From assembly GCF_009914755.1 (NCBI RefSeq), contig NC_060931.1: a stretch of 64,000 nucleotides of DNA; one strand, given 5' to 3'. This document shows positions 1 through 17,476 of this stretch, piece by piece. This stretch comes from the human T2T-CHM13v2.0 reference genome, Homo sapiens. The notes below the pieces were generated by a model. That model saw nothing but the letters and a program-made list of their open reading frames with translations. It did not search any database and was not told where the DNA came from. Every line of letters starts with the position of its first letter. Within the stretch, counting starts at the first letter, position 1. The position numbers and the translations under genes were made by a program.

Positions 1-531
1 CCTTTCTTGATTATCCCACCTAAATGAAGCTTTCTTCTCCCTACCAAGCCACTAATACATCCTCTGTGTTCTTGTCTGTATAACACTTGTTACTACCTGG
101 AATTGTCTCATTTATTAACTTGTATACTTATTTGTGGTCTCCCCAGCTAGAATTTCAGGAATTTAGTTTCTGTCCTTTACTTCTGTTCAGTATAGCTGCT
201 CAGCTTCTGAAATAACATGTTATCTAAATAATAGTATCTGTTCAGTAAATGACTTCAGAGTTAGAGCAAAAATGAGTTAAGCGCAGTGGTGGGGAACAGG
301 ATCGCAAGTCCCCTGGGCAGTTGTTTACTCAGTGTGGACGCTGACGCTGCTGCTCAGGGGTGGCACTTTTATTTTTTATTCCATCTGAACCAGCAACTTG
401 GTCTGAAGTAATACTATATTTTATAAATATAAACCTAAATAGTGATCTTTTGATTGTTGGATTCATAGCCCTTTCTGTGGACACTGGAAGGATCTCTAAA
501 TAGTGGTTCAGAAAGGAAAGCATATCTAAAC

Positions 532-754
532 CAAGCTTGTCCAACCCACGTCCCGCAAGACGCATGTGACCCAGAATGGCTTTGAATGTGGCCCAACACA
601 AATTCGTAAACTTTCTTAAAACATTATGAGATTTTTTGGCGTTTTTTTTTTCTTCAGCTCATTGGCTGTTATTAATGTTAGTGTATTTTATGTGTGGCCC
701 AAGATAATTCTTCCTCTAATGTGGCCTAGGGAAGCCAAAAGATTGGACACCCCG
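532..754 (-). mobile_element. MER30-type hAT-Charlie DNA transposon
   Basis: Terminal inverted repeats CAAGCTTGTCCAA / TTGGACACCCC; perfect 8-bp TSD ATCTAAAC (524-531, 755-762). Confidence 0.85.
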
Positions 755-1435
755 ATCTAAACTTTTCTTTACTGTCTTTTTACAGTTTCTATTATTCTGT
801 TTCTAGAGGCATTCTGACTGGTTCAAGTAAAGAAAACATAAAGTGAATTATTTTTATCTAGTTGATGTGAAGAATCTACTCTGTCTCAGATGTAAAGTAC
901 ATCTACTGCCTAAGCCTTTGGTTTCTAATACTGTGTTAGGTAAACTCCTCTCCTGTGATGGGTATTTTTTGTTCTTTGTCACATTTGGTGTGTTAGGGTA
1001 AAGCAGTCTGAGGTTTTGATTATATTATATCATCGTGGATTGGCCACAAAAGTCAGCAAACAGTTTAGTTATTATCATTTTGGAGGTAAGACATTTGAAA
1101 GTGTTGTTTTCCATATTTGTCAAAACCACACTCAGTAGAGCTTGGTGTGCTGGTGAATGAGGAACTGGATCTCAGTTGTCAAACTCATAGATACTTTGTT
1201 GGAGGTGCACATTTTCTCTATCATATGCTCCCTCTTTCCCCTTCTTACCAAAGATGATGACTAAAAAGTCAACCATAACAAATAAAATAAAACAAACAAA
1301 TGAGGAGGAAGAGGGAGCAGGATGATGAAAAACCCAGCTCCCAATTGAATGGGAATTTCCAAGTATTTGGATCCTGGCATTTTCCCCCCTCAACGTTTTA
1401 TTGTTGTTTGTTTTCATTGAATACTTTTTTCTTAA

Positions 1436-1766
<331 letters not shown>

Positions 1767-2190
1767 AATAGCTCTCTTTTATAATTGATCCTAAAGACTT
1801 TCACTATTAATGGGAGTAAAAGGAGGGTTTTATTTCCACCCAAACCTAGATAGACAAGGGTATGGGACTGCAAGCAGTTTAATACACTGTTAGTGAGAAT
1901 GCAGATTGGTACACTTTCTCTAGATGGCAGGTTGGCAATGCATATCAAAGTCTAAAAGGTGTGTATCATGCCCTCCAGTTAAACACAGATGTACATTGTT
2001 TATTACAGCATGCTTACAATAGGAAAATTGGGAACAATGTGATTGGTTAAATTATGATGGTGTTTAGAATTTATATAGGAAGACGAGCAGCATAGCCCAA
2101 AAGAGATGATTCCGTGAACTGTTAGACACTAAAAATGATGATTTGCTCTTTATTGCAGTGAATTATATTTGTGGTATGTTAAATTAAAAA

Positions 2191-2394
2191 ACTGATTGTA
2201 AAGTAGCATTTTTTATATACTGTAATTTGAGGAGTTTAGGGCTTTATTTTTCTGTTTCTTTTGGGAGATTTAAAAAAAATTCTGGGAACACAGAATTGAG
2301 CTGATTTATCTCATTTTCTATAACATTAACATAAAACATGCCCACCTCTGTGTGTATAGAACTTTGGAGGGATGCACATTAAAATCTTAACACT
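2191..2394 (+). repeat. Direct repeat copy 1 (~204 bp) upstream of Alu
   Basis: actgattgtaaagtagcatt...ttaacact recurs at 2696-2901. Confidence 0.95.
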
Positions 2395-2695
2395 GCCGGG
2401 CATGGTGGCTCACTCCTGTAATCACAGCACTTTGAGAGGCTGAGGTGGGTGGATCACCTGAGGTCAGGAGTTCGAGAGCAGCCTGGCCAACATGGCAAAA
2501 CCCTGTCTCTACTAAAAATACAAAAATCAGCCAGGTGTGGTGGCACGCCCCTGTAATCCAGCTACTCGGGAGGCTGAGGCAGAAGAATCGCTTCACCCTG
2601 GGAGGCGGAGGTTACATTGAGCCGAGATCATGCCACTGCACTCCAGCCTGGGTGACAGAGCAAGACTCGATCTCAAAAAAAAAAAAACAAAAAAA
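2395..2695 (+). mobile_element. Alu (S-type) between the two direct repeats
   Basis: gccgggcatggtggctc... to poly-A. Confidence 0.95.
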
Positions 2696-2901
2696 ACTGA
2701 TTGTAAAGTAGCATTTCTTATATACTGTAGTTTGAGGGGTTTAGGGCTTTATTTTTCTCTTTCTTTTGGGAGATTTTTTTTTTTTTAATCTGGGAACACA
2801 GAATTGATCTGATTTATCTCATTTTCTAAAACATTAACATAAAATATGCCCACCTCTGTGTGTTTAGAACTTGGAGGGATGTACATTAAAATATTAACAC
2901 T
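2696..2901 (+). repeat. Direct repeat copy 2 (~206 bp)
   Basis: Colinear with 2191-2394, scattered substitutions. Confidence 0.95.
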
Positions 2902-3026
2902 AATTATCTACACATGGTGGCATTATAGGTGATTTTCATTTTCTTTATCTAAATAAGCATGAATTGCTTTTATAATAGAAATACAAAAAACTATTTTCCT
3001 ATTTTATATTAAACTTGAATATTTTA

Positions 3027-3370
<344 letters not shown>

Positions 3371-4364
3371 AAAGTGCAAAGTTTGATAATGTTTCTGCTT
3401 TGTTTTACGCAAAGATTACTTTATGTTAACATGAAGATGTCAACAACTCTCTTTTTCCCCCCTTATTTTCCTCTTAAATAGATACTGTGTGTTGGAAGGC
3501 ACATTACTAAGTTCTTTACAGGGGCATCTCATTTAATCCACCTTTCTGTGTGTGTGTATGTGTGTTGTAAAAAATTCTTATTTTATAGTCAAGGAAGCAG
3601 AGCTCAGATATAGCTTATAGCCATAAAGAACAAGTACATTTTACTGGACATTAATTCTAGATTTCAGAACATGTGGGTAATTTATGGCTTCCTTGAAGTG
3701 ATAAAATTCTAGAACTATCAAATTGGACTGTAATAGAGATAGACTTGGGTTAACCAGACAACTCTATTAATCATCTTATCTGCACTTAATGGTATAGAGA
3801 TAACTTGATATTGATGACCCTAACTTAGAAATCTATATAGGATCCTAAGATACATTCTGAATCATCTAAAGAGAGTAAATTATATTCAATATTGTTCTAA
3901 TATTATGTGTTGCACTATTTTGTATCTTTATAAATGAGAAGGTTAGCATGATTTATTGGAAAGAATACTAACTCAGAGTGAGAAGATCTATTCTCTAGTC
4001 TCAATTCTACTACATATAACCATGGTTCTCACTTTCATCTTCTGATGAAATATATGCCCTCCTACCTTAAGGAGTTAGAGGAAGAAAAATAAAATTTGGT
4101 GTAGGAAAATGTTTTGAAAACTAAAGCATCACACCAAGGTATTATTACTAATTATTAATGTTAATTATATGTATTGCCTATATTCATTTTTGAATAACCT
4201 GAACATACCATCTCTCAGCCATGCTTTATTAGAGAAAGTTCATGAACCAAGAATTTTAATTTTTCTCAACAATTAAGTGAGACAACACAGGTGGCTTTTT
4301 TTTTCTTTTCCCTGGTGTCTACGAAAACAAAATATTTTTCAGATTGAAAATTGAGGCATAAATA

Positions 4365-4717
<353 letters not shown>

Positions 4718-4821
4718 TTAGGGCTGCATTCATATTGCCAGTGCTTTTTAAAAAATCTTTTTTGTATAAAACTGTATTGTGTTCATTATTCAGATTGACT
4801 CTTTCAGCTAGTCTGCACTAA

Positions 4822-5133
<312 letters not shown>

Positions 5134-5747
5134 AACATTTACTTTTTAAAAGAATTTTTTACTTGCCCCAAAACTCTCAAACTTGTCTCCTACACATATA
5201 AAAATTGTACATAGCAATGTCTGCAGTTCTGTGAGAACTAAATGCTCTGTTCTTTTAGGAAGCAGCTCTCTTGGTTTTTGTCTTTTGTCTTTTTTGTTTT
5301 GTTGAAAGCATGATTCTTTATTAGTAAATAGGATGTTTTACCTGGAAAGTTTCTGTTTTTATTATTATAACTATATTAAAGTTTTTAGTCTCTTCTTTTG
5401 GTGCCATGACTTGGATTATAGTCCTCATTTTGGCAGGGGGGTGGGGGGTGGGTCTGCACGTTAGAAAACTACATAGCTCTATGATATTTTTAGTTATTAA
5501 AATGAAAATTTGGATTTCTAGGCACCTTTAAGAATAGTGGCTGGAACTTATTCTATACTTACTCCATATCTATTTTAGAATTGGAGGAGGTTGAGATAAA
5601 GCTTAGCAAAAGGGATCCTTAGTTTGGGGTAGGTTCTGTAACCCCAGAATTCATTTACAATGAAGTCTCCTTTTTCAGATTTTGAAAGTCAGGTTAGTAA
5701 ATTTCTTTTAGGATACTACAGACCAGGGCCTAGTGGATGGGCTAAGT

Positions 5748-5905
5748 CAGTTCCTCTCAAACTTCAGAGTGTGCAGCAGTCACCTGAGAAGTGGTGTTCA
5801 AATGCAGATTAGGAATCAGTAGGTCTGGAATGGGCCTGAGGTTCTGCCTTGCTGGTGAGCCCCCAGGTGATGCCAATGCTGCTGTTTCTCAGACTATGCT
5901 TTGAA
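5748..5905. mobile_element. MER5-type DNA transposon fossil
   Basis: tctcaaactt...tcacctg...aatgcagatt...tcagtaggtctgg...ccccaggtgatg motifs. Confidence 0.7.
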
Positions 5906-6444
5906 TTCAAGGAATTGCATAGCTTCTTGCAGAGTCTTTAAGCAATAATTATGATTTTGCTAGTGGAAAATCAGTTCTGCTCTTTACCAGACTTGGGTCC
6001 TGTAGGCATCTCTTGTTCTTGGGAGGTGGTAAATCTCTTTGGAATCTGTATTAGAAGACATCCAGGCAAAGATATAATTATAGAAGAATCATCACTGGAA
6101 AGACCTGGGCGGTATTATTGATTAAAATCCACTCTTCTTTCCCTTCTCCCTTCCCTCACCTTCCTTGAACTTACTGCCCTCCTCTTACTGTCATTGGGGC
6201 AATCTTTGTTGCTTTAATATTCCCGTGGCATGATGATGCAACAGGATAGTAATTTACAGCAGTTTCAGGTAAACCTTCTGAAATGTTCAGCAGAGTGGTT
6301 GCTTCATTAGGAAGGAGTTATTCACACGGCTTTTGAGATGTTTTACTTACAAAACAGTCAGTCAGTTATCTGCTTAGGTTTTTTGAGAGTTTTGTTCTGT
6401 TTTGAAAAAACATTGGTCTCACCTCTTCTACCCAAAGAGTAGAA

Positions 6445-7370
<926 letters not shown>

Positions 7371-7408
7371 ATTTTTTTGAAAAGGGCTGGATAAAAAGTA
7401 TTTTAGTT

Positions 7409-7581
7409 TGGTGGTTCTCAAAATTGGCTGCATAGTAGAGTCACCTAGGGAACTTAAAATCCTAGTGCCCCGGCCACACTCCAGACCAATTAAGTCATAG
7501 TCTTCAGGGATGGATCTAGGCATCTGCAATGTTTAAACTCTCCAAGTGATTCCAGCATGCAGGCAACTTTGAGAACCACTA
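7409..7581. mobile_element. MER5A1-type DNA transposon
   Basis: Inverted ends gtggttctcaaa / tttgagaaccact. Confidence 0.8.
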
Positions 7582-7738
7582 TGATGGATCACAATTCCAA
7601 ACTGCTTCTCCATACTGTAGTGTCAGAATTTACTGGCAAAGCAGGCTCTTCTTACTGTCTGAAATTATCAAAAAATGTTTACATATATGATGTCTTTCCA
7701 TGTTTAGTAGGCATAATGAAATTAAGAGAATATATATG

Positions 7739-8045
7739 GGCCAGATGTGGTGGCCCATGCCTGTAATCCCAGCACTTTGGGAGGTCGAGGTAGGCGGATG
7801 GTTTGAGGCCAGGAGTTTTGAGACAACCTGGGCAACACAGCAAGACCTCATCTCTACTAAAAATTTAAAAATTAGCCAGGCATGGTGGTGCATCCATAGT
7901 CCCACCTACTCAGGAGGCTGAGGTGGTAGGATCACTTGAGCCCAGGAGTTCAAGGCTGCAGTGAGCCATGATCATGCCACTGTACTTCAGCCTGAGCAAA
8001 AGAGCGAGACCCTGTCTCAAAAAAGAAAGGAAAAGAAAGAGAGAA
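7739..8045 (+). mobile_element. Alu (J-type)
   Basis: ggatcacttgagcccaggagttcaaggctgcagtgagc diagnostic of AluJ. Confidence 0.93.
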
Positions 8046-8419
8046 TATATACGTAACAAATAAAAACACTGGATGTGTTCTTAAATAGAACATGGCATAT
8101 TGTGAGTAAAGAATAAGGGTATATTCAGAAATACTAAAGAGAAGAAAATAGCCATATAAATTACTTACATAGGATACAACTTGACTAAGGAAATATTTAC
8201 ATTTATATGACAATTAATATCCAGAGCAGATTAATATTTTCTTCATATTCATAAGAAAAAGATAATTAGAAAAATAAGCAAACATTATAAGCAGTTCACA
8301 GAAAGGAAAAATAACCAGTAAATATATAAAAAGATTGTCAACTCACTAGTAATGGAAATTAAAATAAGAAAACATTTCCCCCATATCAGATGAGCCAAAA
8401 TAAGAAAACTTGATAATAA

Positions 8420-8780
<361 letters not shown>

Positions 8781-11637
8781 TTAGTGACAGTGGGATTGGC
8801 AAAGTCTTTCTGGAGGACAATTTGGCAGTGTGTTAAAATGTTAAATCCATATACCCTTTAATCAGCAATTCCACTTTTCTGAATTTCTGCTAAACTGATT
8901 TCATAAACTGTAAGCAATCTAAATGTTTATCAGTAGGGGAATGGCTAAATAAAATGGAAATTCTATACCATGGATACTAGGCAACTGTTTTTAAAAATTA
9001 GATTATTCTAGTTGCACTACCATGAGAAGATCTCTATGACAAAATGTTGAGTGGAAAAAACAAGTTATAAAATAGTGTACAATATGGTACCATTTGTGTT
9101 TTTCTTTAATCACATAAAACTGCCTTTCTAGCATGTATTTATGTAAATGTATAGAATTTGGCCTAGAAGGAAGGCTGTTCATCAAGCTCATGCCTCTGGA
9201 TAGGAGACTGGATTGAGGGAGGATACATGGCAAAGAGGACTTTGACTTTATCTATATTATTTACATTTTTGTACAGAAGAGTACAACAAGCATAAGGTAA
9301 CAGAAACTAACCAAACTGTCTCCTTCAAAGAGAAGGTAGGACTTTAAGAGCATTTTGATTAAAAAGAGAGAGAAAGTTTGATAGGTTGGGGGTGCCGAGA
9401 TACAGAAGCAGAAGTCTTGCCTTGAGAGAGGAGTCTAAATGAGTGTCTCCATTGACTGGCCTTCAAATTCACTAATTCTGAAGTTACGTTGATCTTTTCT
9501 CCAAACTTGCTCTTGTGGTTTCTATGGGAATGTGTTTTTAGGGAAAATGAGATTAAGAGAAGCCAGTGTTTTGCTTGGCACTACTAGGGAGTGGTGTTTC
9601 TGATAATAACCACCATAGTCATCTCTCTGAACAGAGATCAGTACTACAAATAATTCCCAATATAGGGCAAATGAATCACTTTGCTTTAGCTCTTTAATGC
9701 CCTTTAAATATCCATTCAAATAAAATTGGGTCTGTCAGCCTGGACGGTAATAATTTTAAGTTAAAGTAATGTTGCCACAGTCTGAAAAATCTCCATTTTT
9801 CCTTCCCTGCTACATTCCTGTTTTCTGTAGGCTATACAAACATCACCTTTCAACATGGTTTGCTTTCAACTGCCTTCTCTTTAAATTTATTATGTATTCT
9901 CTGACCTCTTCAGTAGAGGTGGAGTTGGCAGATATGTTGGTCTGAAAGACCTTTTCTTGGTAATTGAGCCTAAATGGACATCAGGAGCCTCAAAATCCCT
10001 AGACTCAGATAAATGCAGAGCAAAGATAGAGGGAACAAGAGGAGAGGGTATTTGGAGGATGTGTAAGGATAATGCATTGTTGGATAGCAAAGAACTAACT
10101 GAATTTACAAAGGAAATTTCTAGCATAGCAAGAATTTTTTTTTAATTGGATAAGACGTTTTAGAGTTTTAGAGAACCTTTTATTTTAAACCTATCTGTGG
10201 TTTCCACATAATCTTTACTTTTCACTGACACAGGCATGAATTTGATATCCTTATCTTTGCTGATTGTCCCGGGAAGTGGTAGTATTTTCTATTCTTTGCT
10301 GATTTGGTGTGGCTGTACTGACCAAGCTAGAGTACCTTAGGCCCACCTAGAGCCCTAAATCAGAATGAGAGTCCAGGAAAGCTTGTTCCAGCTCAATTAA
10401 AGGACGGTCTGAGAGGTTAGGCTTTAGCTTTGCTGATCCTGTTGATTGTCTCCCTGTGTATTAAAGACAAACCTTCCTTAACAAGCACTTCAAGAAGCTC
10501 TGGTTTCCAGAACTCTCCAGGACCAGTAATTAATTCAACTGGTAATGAGAGCACAGTTCCGAATTCTGGAAAGGAATCATTTGACTCTTCCTGTACTGGA
10601 CTGCTAGTTTCCCTTTATTAATAGTCTCTTTAGCCTTAGCACTGTTTATTTGGGACAGTATAAAAAGAACCTGTAGGAAGATTGCCTTTTTCAATGAAGT
10701 CAAATTATCTCTTAAGCATTTAAAAGTAAAAAATACCCTTCATTCCCAAAATGTACACACCTGAAAAACAAACTCTTATAGTAGAAAATACCTTTTACTT
10801 CTTTTGGTATAGGGGCAAATTTTATATGCTTGATAATTAGCATTTTTAAAAGCTATGATCTGCTCCTGAATTAGAACTTGTATGCCAGCAGCTGATTTCA
10901 GTCTGGTTCCATTTTTTGACTTGATGAGGTTTCTGCCTGTGGAAGTAACCTTCTTTTTGTACTGTTTCTGTTTCTCCTGCCTCACATATTAGCCTCTAGG
11001 ATCATCTTCCTAGGAATTTGAAACATTTCTCATCCAGAGATTTCTAGCAAATAAATCATCTTTGAAAAGTTTCCCAGTTCTGTCTTTCCTCTAATTATGG
11101 TTACCCTTTTTTCTGACAATTTCCATTAGTAATCTGCTTGTACATCCCCCCACCCCCCGTTTTTTTTTAATTGAAGGGAGAGAAACAGTGCATGTGCGAG
11201 AGGGAGCTGCTTGTATTAATACGTATTTTTAATGCTCAAGGACCGAGCAGAACAAGGCACCTAAACTTTCTGTACATTGTGGGTGGGTTGGTAATAGCTT
11301 GCCATTGATCATTGGTCCAAATGATCAATTTGTTCCTTCTTGGTTCTAGCACCCTTTATTTCTCATCCTCAACCTTGTTTCAGATACATATAAACTCATT
11401 CTTCTGCCGCCTTCTGCTTTTTTCCACTTTACCCATCCTTGAAAAACTAATGATGAATGTCTTAATGTACATTACAGTGTGTTCAGTATTAGTAAACCAT
11501 TTCAGAAAGCTAGCTATTTGTTTGCATTGGGAGAATAAATTCCCTATTTTCCCTGATTTAAAAGTAAAATCTCATTTACCTTTGAAATATTTATTTTTGG
11601 CAAATGGTCACATTTAGACTTTGATAGAAACTTAATA

Positions 11638-11954
11638 TAGATTGAGTACCCCCTGCCTGAAATGTTTGGGACCAGAAGTACGTTGGATTTCATATATTTT
11701 TGGATTTTTTTAACATTTGCATATACCTAGTGAGATATCTTGGGGATAGGACCACAATCTAAACACAGAATTTATTTGTGTTTTATATACACCTTATGCA
11801 CTATAGCCTGGTGGTAATTTCTTAGGGTATTTTTAATAATTTTGTGCATGAAATAAAGTTTTGACAGCGACTTGAGGTCATGGGTGGAATTTTCCACATG
11901 TGACACTTGAAACATTCCAGATTTCAGATCTTCAAATTAGGGATGCTCAATCTC
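11638..11954. mobile_element. Tigger4/MER46-type TcMar DNA transposon
   Basis: agattgagtaccc...tttgggaccagaagt... and terminal agggatgctcaatct. Confidence 0.8.
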
Positions 11955-12377
11955 TCCAGATTAAGGATTAAAACTGTGCTGGATTAAAGCCATGATGTTT
12001 CTGAGTCCTTATTTGTTTTACATTTAGAGTAGTTTTATTTAATAGATTTGAAGAGTGGATGCTTAAAGCATCTACTTTTTTTAAAAAAAAGAAACAGCTT
12101 TTTCTTATTATAAAATCAGAATTACCAATCAGTTGCCAAAGAGCTATGGTGCACCTAAATTTTATAACAAATTAAGCTCTAAATTTTAGAACAAAAGTTA
12201 TGAATACTGGAGAAGTTGCTGAAAAAAGATGGCTTGATGACTGAGGTAATAATAATAAAACTTCTATTAATTAATATACCTGCTATCTCAGCCTCTTCAT
12301 TGACCTTGTATATTTGCTATTATTACTGTTTTGCAGATGAGAACATTAATATTCAGAGCCAACTCTGAGTCTTGTGG

Positions 12378-12693
12378 GTTTTTTTTGTTTCTTGGTTTGT
12401 TTTTTGTTTTTGAGATGGAGTCTTGCTCTGTTGCCCAGGCTGGAGTGTAGTTGAGCGATCGTAGCTCACTGCAACCTCCGCCTCCCGGGATTAAGCGATT
12501 CTCCTGCCTCAGCCTCCTGAGTAGCTGGCATTACAGGTATGTGCCACCATGCCTGGCTAATTTTTGTATTTTTAGTAAAGACGGTGTTTCACCATGTTGG
12601 CCAGGTGGGTCTCAAATTCCTGACCTCAGGCAGTCTGCTCTCCTTGACCTTCCAGAGTGCTGGGATTACAGGCGTGAGCCACCAAGCCCGGCC
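12378..12693 (-). mobile_element. Alu (S-type)
   Basis: Antisense dimer. Confidence 0.95.
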
Positions 12694-12744
12694 CTTGTGT
12701 TCTTTTTGGTAGAAAGAGCTAACTTAAGAGAAGTGAGTCTGAGT

Positions 12745-13136
<392 letters not shown>

Positions 13137-14083
13137 TTAGAATAGTAGCATGGAAAATAGTCCAGCCAGGGGACAGAACAAAGGCAAAGAAGCGGGAATG
13201 GGCTTAGCAGCTCTTAAGACAGTGCAGAGATTTGTCTGATGGAGGACCAAGGCTGAGTGGTGGGAATTAATGGGAACTGACTGTAGTGTGAGGCCAGATT
13301 GTGGTGGGTCTGAAAAGCTGGGCAGAAGGATCTAGTTTAGTTGCCATAGTTAAAAGACATTTGGAGGTGTTTTGAGCATTGGAGCTATGTAGGTAACATT
13401 TAGGAAAACCTCTCAGGCAAGGATATGTGGGAAGAGGGAATGAAGGGAGAACTTGGAGTTTCCCAAGAAAGCCAACTAGAAGGATACACTAGCCTTGGGC
13501 CAAAAAATTAGAATAAAGGTGGGGCCGGAGAAGAAGGGATAGACACCAGAGACGTTTCAAAGAAAACAAAAGAACTGGACTTGCAATGTGTGACTAGGTA
13601 AGTGTTGAAGGAGAAAAGTAAAGATAACTTTGACATTTTTAGTTTGAGTGGCCGGGGAAAGGGTGGTTTTCTACTTGCTAAGATAAAAAAGTTGAGAAGA
13701 CAAGTAGATTGGAGAGAGGGTAGGGTAGGAGTTTAAGTGAAGAGGCTGATGCTGAGCCCACCTTTCAAGTAACATTGAGTTATTGGAACTCAGTTGGAAG
13801 GCCTGGTGGGAGAGCCGAAGGAAGACTTGAGGGTGAAAGATATCCACGTCCAGGTGCCAACGTGACCCAGAACTGAGGAGCATAAGGAACTATTGGTGCA
13901 AATAGGGTGAGGCGTCAGAAGTGAAGCGATCACCAGAATTAGGGAATATAGAGGGTTCCAGGTGGATCTGAGCAGACTCTGTCAGTCTAGTATTCTCCAC
14001 AGTGAGTGCTTTCTGATCACTTTAGGATTTCTGTTTTGTTTGTTTGGTTTAAGACAGGGTCTTGCTCTGTCACCCGCTTTAGG

Positions 14084-14084
<1 letters not shown>

Positions 14085-14114
<30 letters not shown>

Positions 14115-14396
14115 GAGACAAGGTCTCACTCTGTCACCCAGGCTGGAGTGAAGTGGCACCATCATGGCTCACTGCATCCTTGACCTCCTGAGCTCAAGCG
14201 ATCCTCCTGCCTCAGCCTCTCTAGTAGCTGGGACTACAGGCACGTGCCACTGTAACCGACTGAGTTTTGTATTTTTGGTAGAGACAGAGTCCCACTGTGT
14301 TGCCCAAGCTGGTCTCAAACTCCTGGTCTCAAGCATTCTGCCTGCCTGAGCCTCCCAAGGTGCAGGGATTATAGGCATGAGCCACTGCACCCAACC
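14085..14396 (-). mobile_element. Alu (J-type) with (TTTTG)n tail
   Basis: Antisense dimer; flanked by ctttaggattt. Confidence 0.93.
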
Positions 14397-16177
14397 CACT
14401 TTAGGATTTTGTTAATTTAGAATTATTTAGCCTTCTCATTTCATTTTCTCCAGACTCTCCTAGGTATGAATATAAAGAATTCTCCTTTTTGGAAACTGTT
14501 AATGGTATTCAAAGAAAAGGGAGTTTATGAAAGTCTATATCAATTTAATCTATACCTCTGAGAAAGCCATTTTTTTTAACATGAAGAAGTATAAAATATT
14601 GTGTGTGAAGATTAAGCCCTTTCTTGCTCTATGTATTTGAGCCTAGAAAAAGACACACTCCCAAGAAATTAGAATAAAGGGAAAAATGACTTTGAGATGT
14701 ACTTTCTTAAAATAACTGAAGTAATGACCGCATGAGCCAGCTGATGGGTTTTTAAATGGATACGTTTCTATCAGCCTGCTGCTTGATGCCAGAGCCAAAT
14801 ATATATGGAGTGTATTATATCATATCCTGTAGGCAGGAGACTGTTGGGGCATTGGGGGACTTAGAGAGGTGAAGTGGCAGGCTTGGCACAGGAATTAACA
14901 GCATGGCTACCGTCAACCAGAACTTTATTAGGTCAACATTACTGATTGGGTTCATGGTTCCCTATTATGTAACAATTTGTATCATCTTCTCGTAAAATAA
15001 TATCTAATATTTATTATAAGAATGATAAGAATACCTGATATTTATAGAAATCTTTAATATTAAAGTGTTGCTGTACTCATTCTCTCATTAATACTTAATT
15101 ATTCTCATTTCTGTTTTTTCTTGTTTTACTTTGTAACTACAAATCCACACCCCCGAGTCTGATTCATTGCTAAAAGTGGCCTCTTTTTGGTTTTCAGCTG
15201 CAGGGGCAGTATGGGTGCATCCTTAGTTGCAGGATGCTACTTATATCTGGAGTGCTATAGACCACCAGGTTAAAAGGAAGACAGTAGGTCTGGGAAGGAG
15301 GAATAGATCATAACTTGATAAACTGCTTTTCTTGCCAGAAATCATTATCAGCGATTAAGAATATTCACAAAGTAGACCCTCCCCCAACACACACAGAGTG
15401 TGGTTACTATGCCAGGAAATAAGAATGGCAGTTGTCTTTGTGGTTTAAAACCTGTTTGGTCTGGATTTGATTTGTAAAATAAATCTGAATGAAGTCCATA
15501 ATGCATTTAAATTCACACATGCTTTACTATGTCTATATGTCAGACTCATGGACAGTGGCCTAGCTTACTGGAAAATTTCTAGAAGAGTTTTAGGGTTATT
15601 TTCCCTTTTTATTAAGTTAAAGGCCTGTTTGTTTTCCTATATTTTATAATCAGCCACCTTATTGAATTCTCATTATTGTTTGTAGTAGTTTTTCATTTGA
15701 TCTCTTTGGAATTCTCTAGATATAAGGTGACTTCATCTATAAATAATAATGATTTTATCAGCTCGCCTCTTATTTCTCTCTTATCTAATTGCATGGATTC
15801 CTACTTCCAGAACAGTGTTGAAAACACCCCGAGTTTGGCACCTTACATGCATGAAAACTGTAGAAGGGAAATAAGCTATAGTACCAGTAATATCTTGGGA
15901 AGCAGAAATTAAACTTAGGGGTAGATATTCTTACTCTTAGAGGAACAAGTCTACAAAATGCAGCCTAAGGTGCACTTTATCAACATATTTATAATTCTCA
16001 ACCACCCATGGAGATATAGGAACCTATGGAAAACAGTGGGTTTTCATCAGTCACATCTTAGAATTCTCTGGGACCTTCCTGGAAACCTCTCTGTTTTATA
16101 AGGTTAGAATTTAAGGAGTCATAAACACACCCCAGATGTCTTTCATGAGTATTGATGACCACACTGTTCTCTTCCAG

Positions 16178-16336
16178 GCCCAGCTTCGGGCATTTATCCC
16201 AGAGATGCTCAAGTACTCTACAGGTCGGGGAAAACCAGGCTGGGGGAAAGAAAGCTGCAAGCCCATCTGGTGGCCTGAAGATATCCCCTGGGCAAATGTC
16301 CGGAGTGATGTCCGCACAGAAGAGCAAAAGCAGAGG
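16178..16336 (+). CDS. NRF1: NRF1 coding exon (likely exon 6), 159 nt, DNA-binding domain AQLRAFIPEM...EEQKQR
   Basis: Translation matches recalled NRF1 sequence; acceptor ttctcttccag|GCC, donor AGG|gtgaga; phase 0/0. Confidence 0.98.
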
Positions 16337-16804
16337 GTGAGAGTTCCTCTGACTGAGTTGCCTGGTTGCTTTTCCATCCTAAATTAACCACCTCAATTTT
16401 TGTCATTTCTACATCTTGTGCTAGAAAGTCTTTGTGTAATAGTTAAGCCTGTCCCTCCAAAGACTGATATTCTTTGATTTATAGCCTTTTCCATTTGTCG
16501 CTCCATCACTATACTATAAAGAGAAGACTGGGTTGAGTTGATGAATTTAAAATGTGTCTTCGGGGTTGCCTTTTGGAGCAGTTTTAATTTTATGAAGTGC
16601 TTGGGAAAGTCAAAGAAACTTGAAGTAAAAGTATTAATCACTTTGAACATTTAGAAATGCTTTTATTTCTGGTTACTAAAAATCATTGTTGAAAATGTAA
16701 ATATGGAATTAGAGGGATATGAAGTCTGCCAGCTGAGTCTGCTAATAACAAAACTTTTACAAGAAAGACTAAACTACCTACCATTCCTTACTTTTTTTGC
16801 GTAT

Positions 16805-17166
<362 letters not shown>

Positions 17167-17476
17167 TGAGAATCTTAATATGCCATTCTTGATCAGAATA
17201 ATCTTTCTTTGCAAGAAGTTTAAGAGTTTGGCCTCAGGTTGGAATAGGGTGTAAACTAGACTTTGATCAAGAAGAAACCAATGAGAAGCCCTCTTTGATA
17301 CTTCGTACACAGCTTCTTTCTACCAGAACCAGTCTGTGGGAGGTAATCCTAGGAGAGTCTAATAAGAGGTTTGGTTTGGTTTGATTTGATAAAGAAGTAG
17401 CTGCTTATTGCATATTGGGACTAAATAACCAAAGTTCTTTGTGGCTTAATGTGCTTTTCCGGTCATTTGGTGACAG

